Shown: positions 1 through 13,995 of the stretch, one piece after another | Numbering within the stretch: position 1 is the first letter of the stretch | Layout of the letters: every line of letters starts with the position of its first letter | Assembly (NCBI RefSeq): GCF_009914755.1 | Contig: NC_060927.1 | Length of the DNA stretch: 64,000 bases | Reading direction: 5' to 3' (one strand) | From: the human T2T-CHM13v2.0 reference genome, Homo sapiens | Notes under the pieces: model-generated | What the model was told of the DNA's origin: nothing | Seen by the model: the letters and a program-made list of their open reading frames with translations, nothing else | Database searches by the model: none | Translations under genes and position numbers: made by a program

Positions 1-213
1 TAAAAGGAGCTGTAGGCTGGGTACGGTGGCTCACATCTGTAATCTCAGCACTTTGGGAAGTGAGGTGGGAGGATTGCTTGAGCCCAGGAGGTCAAGGCTG
101 CAGTGTGAGCCATAGTTGAACGACTGCACTGCAGCCTGGCAATAGCGTGACTCTGTCTCAAAAAAAGAAAAAAGAGAATTGTAGAGGTTCCCTATCAAAG
201 CTATCATTTTACA

Positions 214-400
214 TGTGAATGCATGGACATAGAGTGTGGAATGAATGGAGACTGGAGTGGGATGAGGGATGAGAAATTACTGGGTACAATGTACATTATT
301 TGGATGATGGTTACACTAAAAGCCCAGACTTCACCACTATGCAATATATCCATGTATCAAAACTGCCCTTGTACCCCTAAATTTATACAAATAAAAACAT
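214..400 (+). mobile_element. 5'-truncated L1 3' end (L1PB/L1MA-like) with TSD
   Basis: gggtacaatgtacattatttggatgatggttacactaaaagcccagacttcaccact...aaataaaaa; flanking repeat AAGCYATCATTTTACA at 198-213 and 405-420. Confidence 0.7.
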
Positions 401-844
401 TTTTAAGCCATCATTTTACAGATGTAAAAAACCCTGAGGCTTAGAGCTATTAAGGGATTTGCCCATGGCACAAAGCTGTATCAGCTGAGATCTAACACAG
501 CTGTTTATTGGTGGAAGCCATGCTTTTACATCCTGTCAGATTATTCACCTGCCCTGCTGATGGTATGAAGCATAGTAGGGAACAAAGCATCCTTAGTGTC
601 ATTCTTGAGCACAGAGGGCAAAGATGTGAATGTCCAGATGCCACACCAACATTTTATTTCAGGAGAGAAGATGCAGGCTTTTTCTACTAGTCTTTTAGAC
701 ATATGAATTCTTGACTCTGATTTTGAAATGACATTGTATTGGAAAACTTGTGCTTCTGAATATTGCTCATTCCCAGGGTTTTCTACTGACATTTTTCATG
801 TAGTTAGGTTTATCTCTCTCTGTGTAGTTAGCTTTGTCTCCCTC

Positions 845-1142
845 TTTTTTTTTTTCCTTGAGACAGGGTCTCATCTCTTGCCCAGGCTGGAGTACAGTGG
901 TGGATCACAGCCCACTGCAGCGTCGAAATCCCTGGCTCAAGCCATCCTCCCACCTCAGCCTCCCAAGTAGCTGGGACCACAGGTGTATGCCACCACGCCT
1001 GGCTAATTTTGTTTATTTTTTGAGAGATGGGGCCTCACCTTGTGGTCTAGGCTGGTCTCAAACTCCTGGGCTCAAGCGATCCTCCTGCTTCCACCTCCCC
1101 AAGTGCTGGGATTACAGGCATGAACCACCACACCTGGCCCAG
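845..1142 (-). mobile_element. Alu (AluJ-like)
   Basis: Dimeric Alu consensus with poly(T) on the plus strand. Confidence 0.9.
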
Positions 1143-1821
1143 CCTTGTCTCTTTCTAATGAGCAATAAGAACTGAGAGGAAGAACATGCTCCTTGAGGGG
1201 CACAGCACTTGTTATACAAATTTCCTATCAAAAATTCAGTTTTAATCTCCTTGTTCAAGTTATGTTGTGAATAATGCTGTTAAATTTGGACACCAATTAG
1301 GTGAATTAGAGAGCTTGATGCTGCCTGACATGTGGGTGGGGAAAGAGAGTTGGAGGTACAGCCTGGACTATCCGTTACCAGTCAAGCAACATTCATCATG
1401 TTCACCCTAAGGCTTCTGGAGCTTGCTGGCTGGCTGACTGGCTCGCCAGGTACATTTAAGAAGCCTGTGCTTGGGGATGTTTCTTAACTGCAGACGGTTC
1501 CTTTATTATTCTGTACATGAGACTCCATTGTTTGCCCCTTAGCCCCACTTGGTTTAGCTTGTAGGCTAGTTGATGGAAGATGAGACCACATTGTTTTTCT
1601 AAATGTGTGTTCCTAGCCCTTCCCAAATTACAAGCATGGCAGCTACCTTTCTACTTTCGAACTTGTTGAGTATTGGCACTGTCATTGCCTCTTTGGCATG
1701 GAACCAGCCAGCTGGCCTGTGGTTAGCTTAGGAAGACCTTAGGAAGAACATCCAAGCAGCTGATTACATCACCACTTTTTTCCAATTGGGGACAAAAGTG
1801 GGTGAACCAAGGTGCGTGAAC

Positions 1822-2032
1822 TAAGAGTTAACAAGCATTTTCTGTAAAGGGCCAGATAGTAAATACTTAAGGATTCGTGGGTAATATAGTTTCAGTTGCA
1901 GCTACTTAACTCTGATGCTATAGTGCAAAAGCAGCTATACACAATGTATAAATGAATGGGTGTGGCTGTGTTCCAGTGAAACTTTACAAAAGAAGCATGA
2001 GCTGAATCCGTTGCCTATAGTTTACTGACCTG
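1822..2032. mobile_element. MER58-like hAT DNA transposon
   Basis: ttttctgtaaagggccagatagtaaata...aaatgaatgggtgtggctgtgttccagtgaaactttac. Confidence 0.7.
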
Positions 2033-2569
2033 TTATATACTGATAGGGCCTCTAAGGCTTTTGAAGTAGGTTTTATTTTTATTATTTATTGCTCTAGCAT
2101 ATACTTCTGTAGTTTCAACACAGTATTTAGGAATTGAAGCATTTCTTGTTAAAGAATACAAATGAACCGGAAGTGAAAAAAAATTTCCCAGCTTACTACA
2201 GGTGATCATGGGACTATACTGATTAGTAAGTGAGTAAGTAACATAGAAGTTACTGTTAAATTTAGCATCTCATTTGTAAAGCCTTCACGCTCTGCTGGAA
2301 CTTGAAGCAGAATGTTTCCAAAGTCTTAACTAAAGACACCATGCTCCCATTCTGTCTCAGTTGAAGCTGAGGATGCTTAGCTGCTGGCAGAATGGCAGGC
2401 CAGAGACCCTGATGGCTCTTACGTTCCAGTGAAACAGACAGTCTGTGTTCAGGGCCTTGAAGGTAAAGGTCAGAGCTTGGGCTTTTGGCAGGCAAAATAG
2501 GTGAACTGTAGTTCAAATATGACCCAATATAATGGTATATGTGGGCAGAGTGTTCTGAATAGCTGATCA

Positions 2570-3680
<1,111 letters not shown>

Positions 3681-6411
3681 AAGATAATTAGCTCAAGAAG
3701 ACTTGTTACCAGGTGGGCAAGAGAGATTGCTTATAGTGCTTTGTGACTGTAGACACTAAAAACAATTTGTCTTTCTATTGAAACCCAATGATTAGAAACA
3801 TCTGATGCTAAGGAGTAATCTTTCCTACTCTTTATTTTTGTACTTGGTGCCTCAGCTGTTAAGAGTCAAATTGTATTAGTTCAGCCCTGTAGCTGCACTT
3901 CAAATGGTCACTTAAAAGGAATTGCCTTCTAAGAGGTACATATTTAGGAGATGCAGATGTGTTGTGAGCTTATTTTTCTTGGGTTGGTTTGTAAGCTGTA
4001 AATGTCGTGTAACCTTGACAGAGCTATTTTGAGGACCAGCAAAACAAGCCGTGCTAACATGTCTTCCAAGTAAAGGTGTGTTGGCATCATCTGCAAATTA
4101 CAAATAGCTTTCAAACCTATAATTCTACCCCATTTGTCCTGTGGGTCCTCATACTCATTATGTCTAAAGTGAACACCCTTGCCCATCTTTTGTTTCCTCT
4201 GTGTTAGGGGGGCACACAATCCATCTAGTCGTGCACAGTTGAAACTCTGGGATTGTCTTTGGCTCATCCTCTCTTATGTGTATTTTGTGACACTTATTAC
4301 AATAGTAATTACATAACTATTTATAGTGTTGTAACTCCACAAGAGCAGGGCTGTGACTGAATTATTTACTGAGGTATCTACATAATAGCTGCTCAGTAAA
4401 CCACTGTCCTAATTGAGATCCTCTTCATCTTTTACCTAACCCAGGATTTCTTTAACTTTACTAGCATGTTGAGAGAATTCTTACCGACCTTCTAGTGAAT
4501 GAGCCTACTAACAGATTGTTTTTCTAGGGAAAAACAGATTTCATTGTAGGGAATGAGCTACTAACAGATTGTTTTTCCCCAGGCTTAATTCTGATCTTAT
4601 TCTGCTCTGAGTGGCTTCTCATTTCGTTTTCATTCAGCAGGGTGCTCAGCAGGTATGTCAGCACCTTCCATGTGCCAAGTACTGTTCTAGGTGCTGAGGG
4701 TGCAGCAGTGAGCAGAGTAGGCCAAGCCTTTTTGAGTATGAGCTTACATCCTAGTGGAGTAGCAGACCATAAACAGATGGAAGATGTCCAGTGGTGACCA
4801 GTGCCATGAAGAAAAGTAAAGCAGGAGCCAGCCTCTCTTAATAGAGATCTAAATGAAGTGAGGGAGCAATCCATGAGGATATCTGAAGGCAGAGGGAACA
4901 GTAAGCACGGAGCCCTGAGGCAGGAGCACACTTGGTGTTTTGGGGAAACAGCAAGAAGCCAGAATGATAAGGGCAGAGTGACCAAGGAGAAAAGTGGAAG
5001 GACACGAGGTCAGAGAAGTAGCCACCCAGCCCAGCACAGTTCCTTGCATGTGTATGGTATGGCTCAGTAAATACGTTGTGAATGAATGAATGAAACCAAT
5101 CAATAATTATGTATTTATGAATAAAAAATCAGGGCAGGGTGTTAGAGGTATACCTAAGGTAATAGAAAGTTAGGATGCATATTCCATGGTTCATGAAGAC
5201 AGCACTGCGTTTTGCTTGCACTTTCCCCTTCGGTTTAGGAGAGATGATGATAATGGCCGGAGCCAGAAGACTAATTCTGACTTGTTCTTGAAGGAAATTC
5301 TGTTCTGCACACAGTGACAATCAGAGGTTAGAAACTTGTCAGCGGAGCCGTGAGTCGAGCAGAGCTGCTCAGCTCTTGGTGGTTGTAAAACGTGCCTCTA
5401 CCTCATGTTTGAGAAAGCTTGTGTTTTCCGTGTATATGGCTTAGCATTTTAAGTAATCACGATATCTGAGGGGTAATGGGAATGCAGGAGCAGCAGGTGG
5501 TGGCTAGTTTTCTGTAGGATTTAGGAAAGGACTGCTGATTTAACTGAATCTCTGATTATTCTAAGCTGCTCATAGAAATCCACCAGTCACTGCTGTCTCA
5601 GACGTCAGAGGGAGAAGCTTAAGCATGTTCTGTTGTTGACAGCCATTCTGGTTGACTTCTCTAAGACTGCCAGCTGTATTCTTGATATTCAGAGTCCTGC
5701 AGATGTGGCCCCTCTCTGCTATTCTACCCTGCTTTCCCACAGTGTCCTCTTGCATCAGCTGGCCATCTCTCCATGACTGTGTTCCCCCTCCTCTGGGCCT
5801 TTGCTCTAGTGTTCCTTTGGCTTGGAGTATCTGCTCACATCTGCCAAGCAGAGCCGTATCCATGCTTCAAGCTTTCTTCCATATTTTCTTCCTTTGCTTT
5901 CTTTCCTTTTTCTTTCTTCCCTTGCTTTCCCTTTCCCTTTCTCTTTCTCCTCTTTTCTTTTTTCTTTCTTCAGGGTCTTGCTCTTGCCCAGGCTGGTGCA
6001 GTGGTGCAATCATAGTTCATTGTAACCTCGAATTCCTGGGCTCAAGTGATCTTCCCACCTCAGCTTTCTGAGTAGCTGGAACTACAGGTGTGTTGCCACC
6101 ACACTCAGTTAATTTAAAAAAAAATTTTTTTTTTTTGGTAGATACAGGGTCTTGCTTTGTTGCCCAGGCTGGTCTCGAACTCCTGGCCTCAGGCAATCCT
6201 CCCACCTCGGCCTCACAAAGTGCTGTGTAGCCACTGTGCCCGGCCCCTTCAAAGTTTTCTTTTCTCAAAGGGACCCATGCCCTCTTTCTTGTGCTCTGTC
6301 CTATCACAGTGGGGGGTTGTGTGAAGTCCCATCTCTCTGAAGACAGTCTTCTCATATCCCTCCAGGTGTAGTTCATCTCCCCCTCTTCCACTGCACCTTA
6401 ACCCCTCATTA

Positions 6412-6560
6412 CTTAGTGTTGTCATTGGACTAATAGCGTCAGCATCACCTGGGTGGGGGCCTGTTCGAAGTGCAGAATTTCAGGTCCCGCCCCAGACCTA
6501 CTGAACTAGAATCTGGTGCTTCTTACATCCTGTGCACATTAAAGTTTGAGAAGCATTGCC
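6412..6560. mobile_element. MER5-like hAT fragment
   Basis: cagcatcacctggg...gcagaatttcaggtcccgccccagacctactgaa...taaagtttgagaagc. Confidence 0.65.
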
Positions 6561-8475
6561 GCCACACATTGGTCCTACTCCCCTTACCGGTCTGAGCAGG
6601 ATGTAGATGGTTCGAGTGTTTTTGTTCCCCTCTAGATGTTGAACTCCTGAATCGTGAGCCATCTCTTACCTAGTATAGTTCTTAGCATGTTTCAAGCACT
6701 TAAAAGTATTTACTGAATTACCTTAACTAACCCCTGACCTTATGTTTGAGATGCTTCTTCAGTCAACATACTATATAAGTGCATTTACCTGTGCTTGGTG
6801 CTTGTAGGTGCATGAGACACCCTGCTGTGAATGGGAGTCAGCCTCTGTCTTTGGCATTTATAGATGAGTGGGGAAGATAGATTATGCATCAATTATTAAT
6901 AATTATGAGAAAAGGCAGAGTCTGATAAATTCTGTAACTGCATAGGCATCACCAGAGGCCTAAGGGAACATCAAAGGAGTAGCTGATATTTACAGTTCTG
7001 AGGGTTTGTGACTGTTTCATGGAAAGGATGGTATTTAGTTGGTACATTGCAAGATGAATAGGACTTTGACAGACAGGCACAGTGGAAAGAGGCATTCCAG
7101 GCCAGGGGAGAGTGTTCAGAGGCCCAGGCATGAAAGTACACCTACAGTGTTTCTTAAATAAGTAAGACATAGAGGAGCAAGGTGGAAGGTGGGATTGGAG
7201 AGGTCGATTGAGTACAGACTGTGTACTCCTTAAATTTTCATGGTGAGGAGTCTAGACTGCTAAGAAACACCTGCAAATCAGTTGAAGTTGGTATAGTTAC
7301 ATGTTCAGTGGTTCCTGAGGACTCTGCCCACTTCTCTCCCTTCCTCTGCTCCCATTCTACCTTGCTGGATCTGAGTAGTAGGAAGTGGGGGGAGGGTTTA
7401 GAAGAAGTGGGAAGCAGCCTGAATGTTTTAGCCAGCTGTTCATATGGGACTGGAGCCCCAAGTCCTTTTTTAGTGTCAGCTGGTCAGCTACTTCCTTCCT
7501 CACCCCCTTCCTGTGTCACTACCCAGTGGGGCACTCTAAAGCAGAGAGACCAAAACTCCATCACAGAGTGTTCAAAGAGTGTGCTCTAAAATGCTATCGA
7601 AAACTGCAGACTGAGCCCAGTATGTTTTATTATACTTGCCATCAGTTTCTTAACCCCAAGAGTTTATGAGGACTCATCATTTCTGCTTGTGGTAGTACTA
7701 TATGAACCTGTGTCTCTCTGTCCGTATTCTAGGCTGGCAGTCAGGCCATCAGCATTGAAGGTGAAAGAATCCCCCTGACTTCCATTTCCTTATATGCCAT
7801 CTTGTTAGAAACCCACAAAGTAGCTAGTGTGGTCTGTTTATTTCTTCAGGACTGGGAATGCACTGTTACCCTGGGAGTCAGGCCCTCCACAAATTGACCC
7901 TAAGCCTCACCATCTTTTTCTTGAGCTTTTTACTTCAGCCAACTGAATTTTCAGATGAGATGAGAAGGTCATGCTTTTCCACCTTTGAGCTCCCACTTTG
8001 ACCAGCTCTGCCAGTCCTGAGCCAGAAGGTCAACAGTTAAAAAGAAGAGGTAAAATTCATCAGAAATTTTGTTACTTGTTTGTATCTCAGATGAAGCCTA
8101 TTTTTAGATGAAATAGGCTTTAGAATTCATTAAGTACAACTGAGTATGAGGCACTGTGTTAAGTACTAGGATATAACCTTCCTTTCTTTGGGAAGAATAT
8201 TCAGCCTGGATGGAGAGACATTCATTAGGGACAATATAATGTGTGCTGTAGTGGACGCTTGTACCAAGTGCCACAGAAAGGAGAGAGCTGACTGCCTGGA
8301 AGTCAGAGGCCCCTCAGAGGAGGGAACATTTCAGCTTAATCTTCAAGGATGAGGAATAATTCACTGGGCAGAAAAATGAGGGGATAAGAATCCAACCTGA
8401 GGGAACAAGACAATTTCTGGGAATTGCCAACAGTTTTTAGAAGAGAGTCATGGTGGGGGATAAAACTGGATGGGG

Positions 8476-8730
8476 GCCAGGTGCAGCGGCTCACACCTAT
8501 AATCCCAGCACTTTGGGAGGCTGATGCAGAAGGAAGCCTTAAATCCAGGAGTTCAAGACCAGCCTGGACAACAAAGTGAGACCCCATCTCTACCAAAAAT
8601 AAAAAAATTGGCCAGGTACCTATAGTCCCGGCTACTTGGGAGGATCACTTAAGCCCAGGAGTTCGAGGCTGCGGTGAGCTATGATTGTGTCACTACACTC
8701 CAGCCTGGGCAAGAGTGAGATCCTGTCTCT

Positions 8731-8760
<30 letters not shown>
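8476..8760 (+). mobile_element. Alu (AluJ-like)
   Basis: Alu consensus with poly(A) tail. Confidence 0.85.
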
Positions 8761-8761
<1 letters not shown>

Positions 8762-9536
8762 CCTGTTTAGGGTTTGGATCTGACTTGTAGGCAGTAGGGA
8801 GCCCCCTAAAATGGGGACTGACATGACCAGACTCAATTATATGTTGAGTTGACTCATTCAAAAACATCATTTATTCGACAAATACTGAATATTAATTTCT
8901 GACTATTCCAGGAAACATGAAACATGAAGATTGCCCCCTTGGTGCAGCCCATGTTTTAGTAAGGATTAGATAAGTTAGTTATATCAGGCCACCACCATTT
9001 GCTCTTGTCAAGGTTACTAATGACCTCCACAATACAGAGCTAGTTCATAACCACACAGATCTCCATGTGCCACCTTTTATAGTCACATCCAGCCCCCTCC
9101 CACCCACCATCTCTAATCTCTGGCAACCATGAATTTGTTGTCTCTCATTTTGAAACTGTTATATAAATGAAATCGTAGAGTTCGTGACCTTTTTTCACCC
9201 AGCCTAATGCCCATGAGGTCCATCCAAGTTATTGTGTGTATTGATCATTTTTTCCTTTATATTTCTCAGTAGTAGTCCATGATATGATTGTACCATAATT
9301 TGTCTAACCATTTCCAACCATCGAAGGACATTTTTCAGTTTTTAGGTATTATGAATAAAGCTGCTATGGATATTCATGTACAGGATTTTGAGTGAACTTG
9401 TTTCCATTTCTCTGTAGTAAATGCCCAAGAGTAGAATTTTATGTCATACAGTTTGTGTATTTCAATTTTAGAAGAAATTGTCAAACTATTTTCCAGAGTA
9501 GCGATATCATTTTGCATTCCCATTGGCATATATAAG

Positions 9537-10629
9537 TGTGGTGGTTAATTTTATGTGTCACCTTGGCTAGGCCCAGTTGTTTGGTCAAACACCAGTCTAG
9601 ATGTTGCTGTGAAGATATTTTTTAGATGTGATTAACATTTAAATTAGTAGACTTTAGTTGAGTACAGTGGTATGTGCCTGTAATCCCAGCTACCTGGGAA
9701 GCTGAGGCGGGAGGATTGCTTGAGCCCAGGAGTCTGAAACCAACTTGGGCAACATAGTGAGACCCCATCTCATTTTAAAATAATAATAAGTTAGTAGACT
9801 TTCAGTAAAGTTGATTACCTTCCATAATGTGGGTGGGCCTCATCCAGTCAGTGTAAGGCCTTAAAGAGCAGAAATTGAGCTTTCCCCTGAAGAAGCAGTT
9901 CTTCCTCAAGATTGCAAAATAGGCTGGGCGCAGTGGCTCACTCCTATGATCTTACCTCACTTTGGGAGGCTGAGGTAAGAGGATTGCTTGAGCCCAGGAG
10001 TTTGAGACCAGCACAGGCAACATAGTGAGACGCTGTCTCCACAAGAAATAGAAAAATTAGCCAGATGTTGTGGCACATGCCTGTAGTTGCAGCTACTCAG
10101 AAGACTGAGGCAGGAGGATTGATTGAGCCTGGGAGGTCCAGGGTGCAGTGAGCCGTGATTGCACCACTGCACTCCAGCCTGCGTGACAGAGTGATACTGT
10201 GTCTCAAAAAAAAAAAAAAAAAAAAAAAAAAAAGATTGCAAGATAAAAACCCTACCTAAGTTTCCTGCCTGCTCACCTGCCCTGCAGATTTCTGACTCAA
10301 GACTGTAACATCAAACCTTATCTGAATCTCCAGCCTGCTAGCCACACTGTATATTTTGGATTTGCTAGCCTCCGCAATTGCATGAGCCAATTCCTTAAAA
10401 TAAAAATAAGTTTCTCTGTCTCTCCCCGCCATACCTCCTCCCTCTCTCTTTCTCACTCCCTGTCCTCTTTCCCTTCTCCATTCCCTTCTTCCCTCCCGCT
10501 GTCTTCCCCTTTTCCCTTCTCTCCCCCTCTCCACTCTTATCCCTCACCTTCTCTCTCTCCCCACCTCCTTCTTTTCCTCCTTCCTACTTTCTTCCCCATT
10601 CTATTTCTCGGGAAAACCCTGACTAATAT
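9537..10629 (+). mobile_element. MLT2 (ERVL) solo LTR interrupted by a FLAM-like Alu (~9657-9790), an AluJ-like Alu (~9922-10233) and a CT-rich tract
   Basis: Starts tgtggtggttaattttatgtgtcacc, contains aatgtgggtgggcctcatccagtcagt, ends gaaaaccctgactaata. Confidence 0.75.
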
Positions 10630-10660
10630 GGGTGACCCAATTCTTTTGCATCCTCACCGG

Positions 10661-10664
<4 letters not shown>

Positions 10665-10698
<34 letters not shown>

Positions 10699-10802
10699 AT
10701 ATATGTATATGTATATACGTGTGTATGTGTATATATGTGTGTACATATGTATATGTGTGTATATATATGTGTATATGTGTGTGTGTGTGTGTATATATAT
10801 AT
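10665..10802. repeat. (TA)n/(TG)n compound microsatellite at the tail of an Alu left monomer (~10810-10944, minus)
   Basis: Alternating purine-pyrimidine run seen directly. Confidence 0.9.
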
Positions 10803-11017
10803 TTAAATTCTCTTTATTTTTATTTTTTAGTAGAGATGGGTTTTGCCACGTTGCCCAAGCTGGTCTTGAACTCCTGGGCTCAAGACCAGCTGGGATTAGA
10901 AGCATGAACCACCATGTTACAGGCATGAACCACCACACCCAGCCTAGCATTTTATATGATCACTGTTTTTTATTTTAGCCATTCTGTTAAATGAGTAGTG
11001 GTATCTCATTGTGATTC

Positions 11018-11325
<308 letters not shown>

Positions 11326-12012
11326 TCACTGGGATTCTAATTTGCATTTTGCTAATGGGTAATGATGTTGGACATCTTCTTATGTGTTTATTTGCCATCT
11401 GTATATCCTTTTTAATGAAATATCTTTTCATGTCTTTTGCCCATTTTCTCATTGGATTGTTTTTTGTTTTTTTATTGTTGAGTTTTTAGAGTTCTTTACA
11501 TATTATAGATACAGATAGATCTTTGTCAGGTATGTAGTTTGCAGATATATTTTTTAGTATGTAGATTGTCTTTTAATTCTAACTGGTTCTTTCACAGAGC
11601 AAAAGTTTTTCGTTGTGATTTAGTCCAATTTTTTTTTTAATGGTTTGTGCTTTTGGTCTCATGTCTGAGAACTTCTCACCAAACCCCAAGTCCTGAATAT
11701 TTTCTGCTATATTTTATTCTAAAAGTTTTATAGTTTTAAGTTTTATATTTAAATCTTTGGTCCATTCTGAGTTAAGTTTTGCCTCCAGTGTGAGGTATAG
11801 GTTGAAGTTCTTTTTTTTTGCATATGGATATCCAGTTGTTCCAGCCCCATTGATAGTTGAAGAAACTCTTTTCTCCATCTAAATGCTTTTGTACCTTTGT
11901 CAGTAAGCAGCTAGCCATTCTTGTGTGAGGTTACCTCTGGGTTCTCTATTCTGTTCTATTGTTCTTTGTTCCTGTCCCTTCACCAATATGACACAGTCTT
12001 ACTGTAGCTATG

Positions 12013-13097
<1,085 letters not shown>

Positions 13098-13099
13098 TA

Positions 13100-13995
13100 C
13101 ATTGTCATTTCTATCTGACTTTTTGCTTTTTCGTTTCTCCAAACATTTTTCTATATGGTACCAATTCTTTTCCACCATTTGTTTTAGTTTCAGTGCCCGT
13201 ATCATAGAAGAGTCCATGTCATAAAAGAAACCATGAATAATTGAAACTCTTTTGCCAAGTTGTCTAATGTCAATTTGTTTTCTGGCACTGCTTCTTGAAT
13301 GTCTTCCTTGTTGTCCAGCACTGGTTTGGGAGCTCTCATCTCTATCAAGTTGTCTTCTATTAATTCCTCAGGTATAGTATCAATTAGCTGTTTAATTTCT
13401 CAAAGATCTATATCTTGAAACTCTTCACCCCTCACCTTTTTGCCATATTCATGATCTCTTCCATGACTGGCTATGTCATAAATCCCGTGACGTCATGTAC
13501 AACAGCTGAACAGCTTTCTCCAGCAGGAACTTACTGTTTCAGTCTTGATGGCTTTCACAGCTTTTTCTATAACAATGATGGCATCTTCCATGGTATAATC
13601 CTTCCAGGCTTTTATGATGTTCTCTCTACTAGGGTTCTCTTCCATAGCATTGGCAATCCTTTCCATACAGTACTGTGTATAATGAGCTTTAAAGGTCCTG
13701 TGACACCCTGATTTAGAGGCTGAGTTAGAGACATTGTGTTTGGGGGCAGGTAGACCACTTTGATGCCTTCATAGGTGAATTCTTGGGGTTCCAGATGGCC
13801 AGGGGCATTGTCCAATACCAAAGAACTTTAAAAGACCATCCCTTACTGGCAAGGTACTTCCTGACTTCAGTGACAAAACTTCAAAGGAACCAATCCAGAA
13901 AAAGTTTTCATCATCCTTATCTTCTTGTACAACCAAAAGACTGGCAGCTGGTGTCATCCTTTCCGTTCAAGGCTCAGGGCTTAGCAGCTTTATAG
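13100..13995 (-). mobile_element. Degenerate Tigger2 (pogo-like DDE) transposase remnant
   Basis: Broken reading frames contain the pogo DDE motifs LDNAPGH and YLPPNTMSLTQPLNQGV, and IRALKLKQMVE near the C-terminus. Confidence 0.8.

Noticed and set aside
2166-2175. Perfect ETS motif ACCGGAAGTG
   Set aside because: Single motif with no CpG island or motif cluster; cannot support a regulatory call from sequence alone
10382-10978. 198-aa ORF
   Set aside because: Composite of a CT-rich tract, a microsatellite and an Alu
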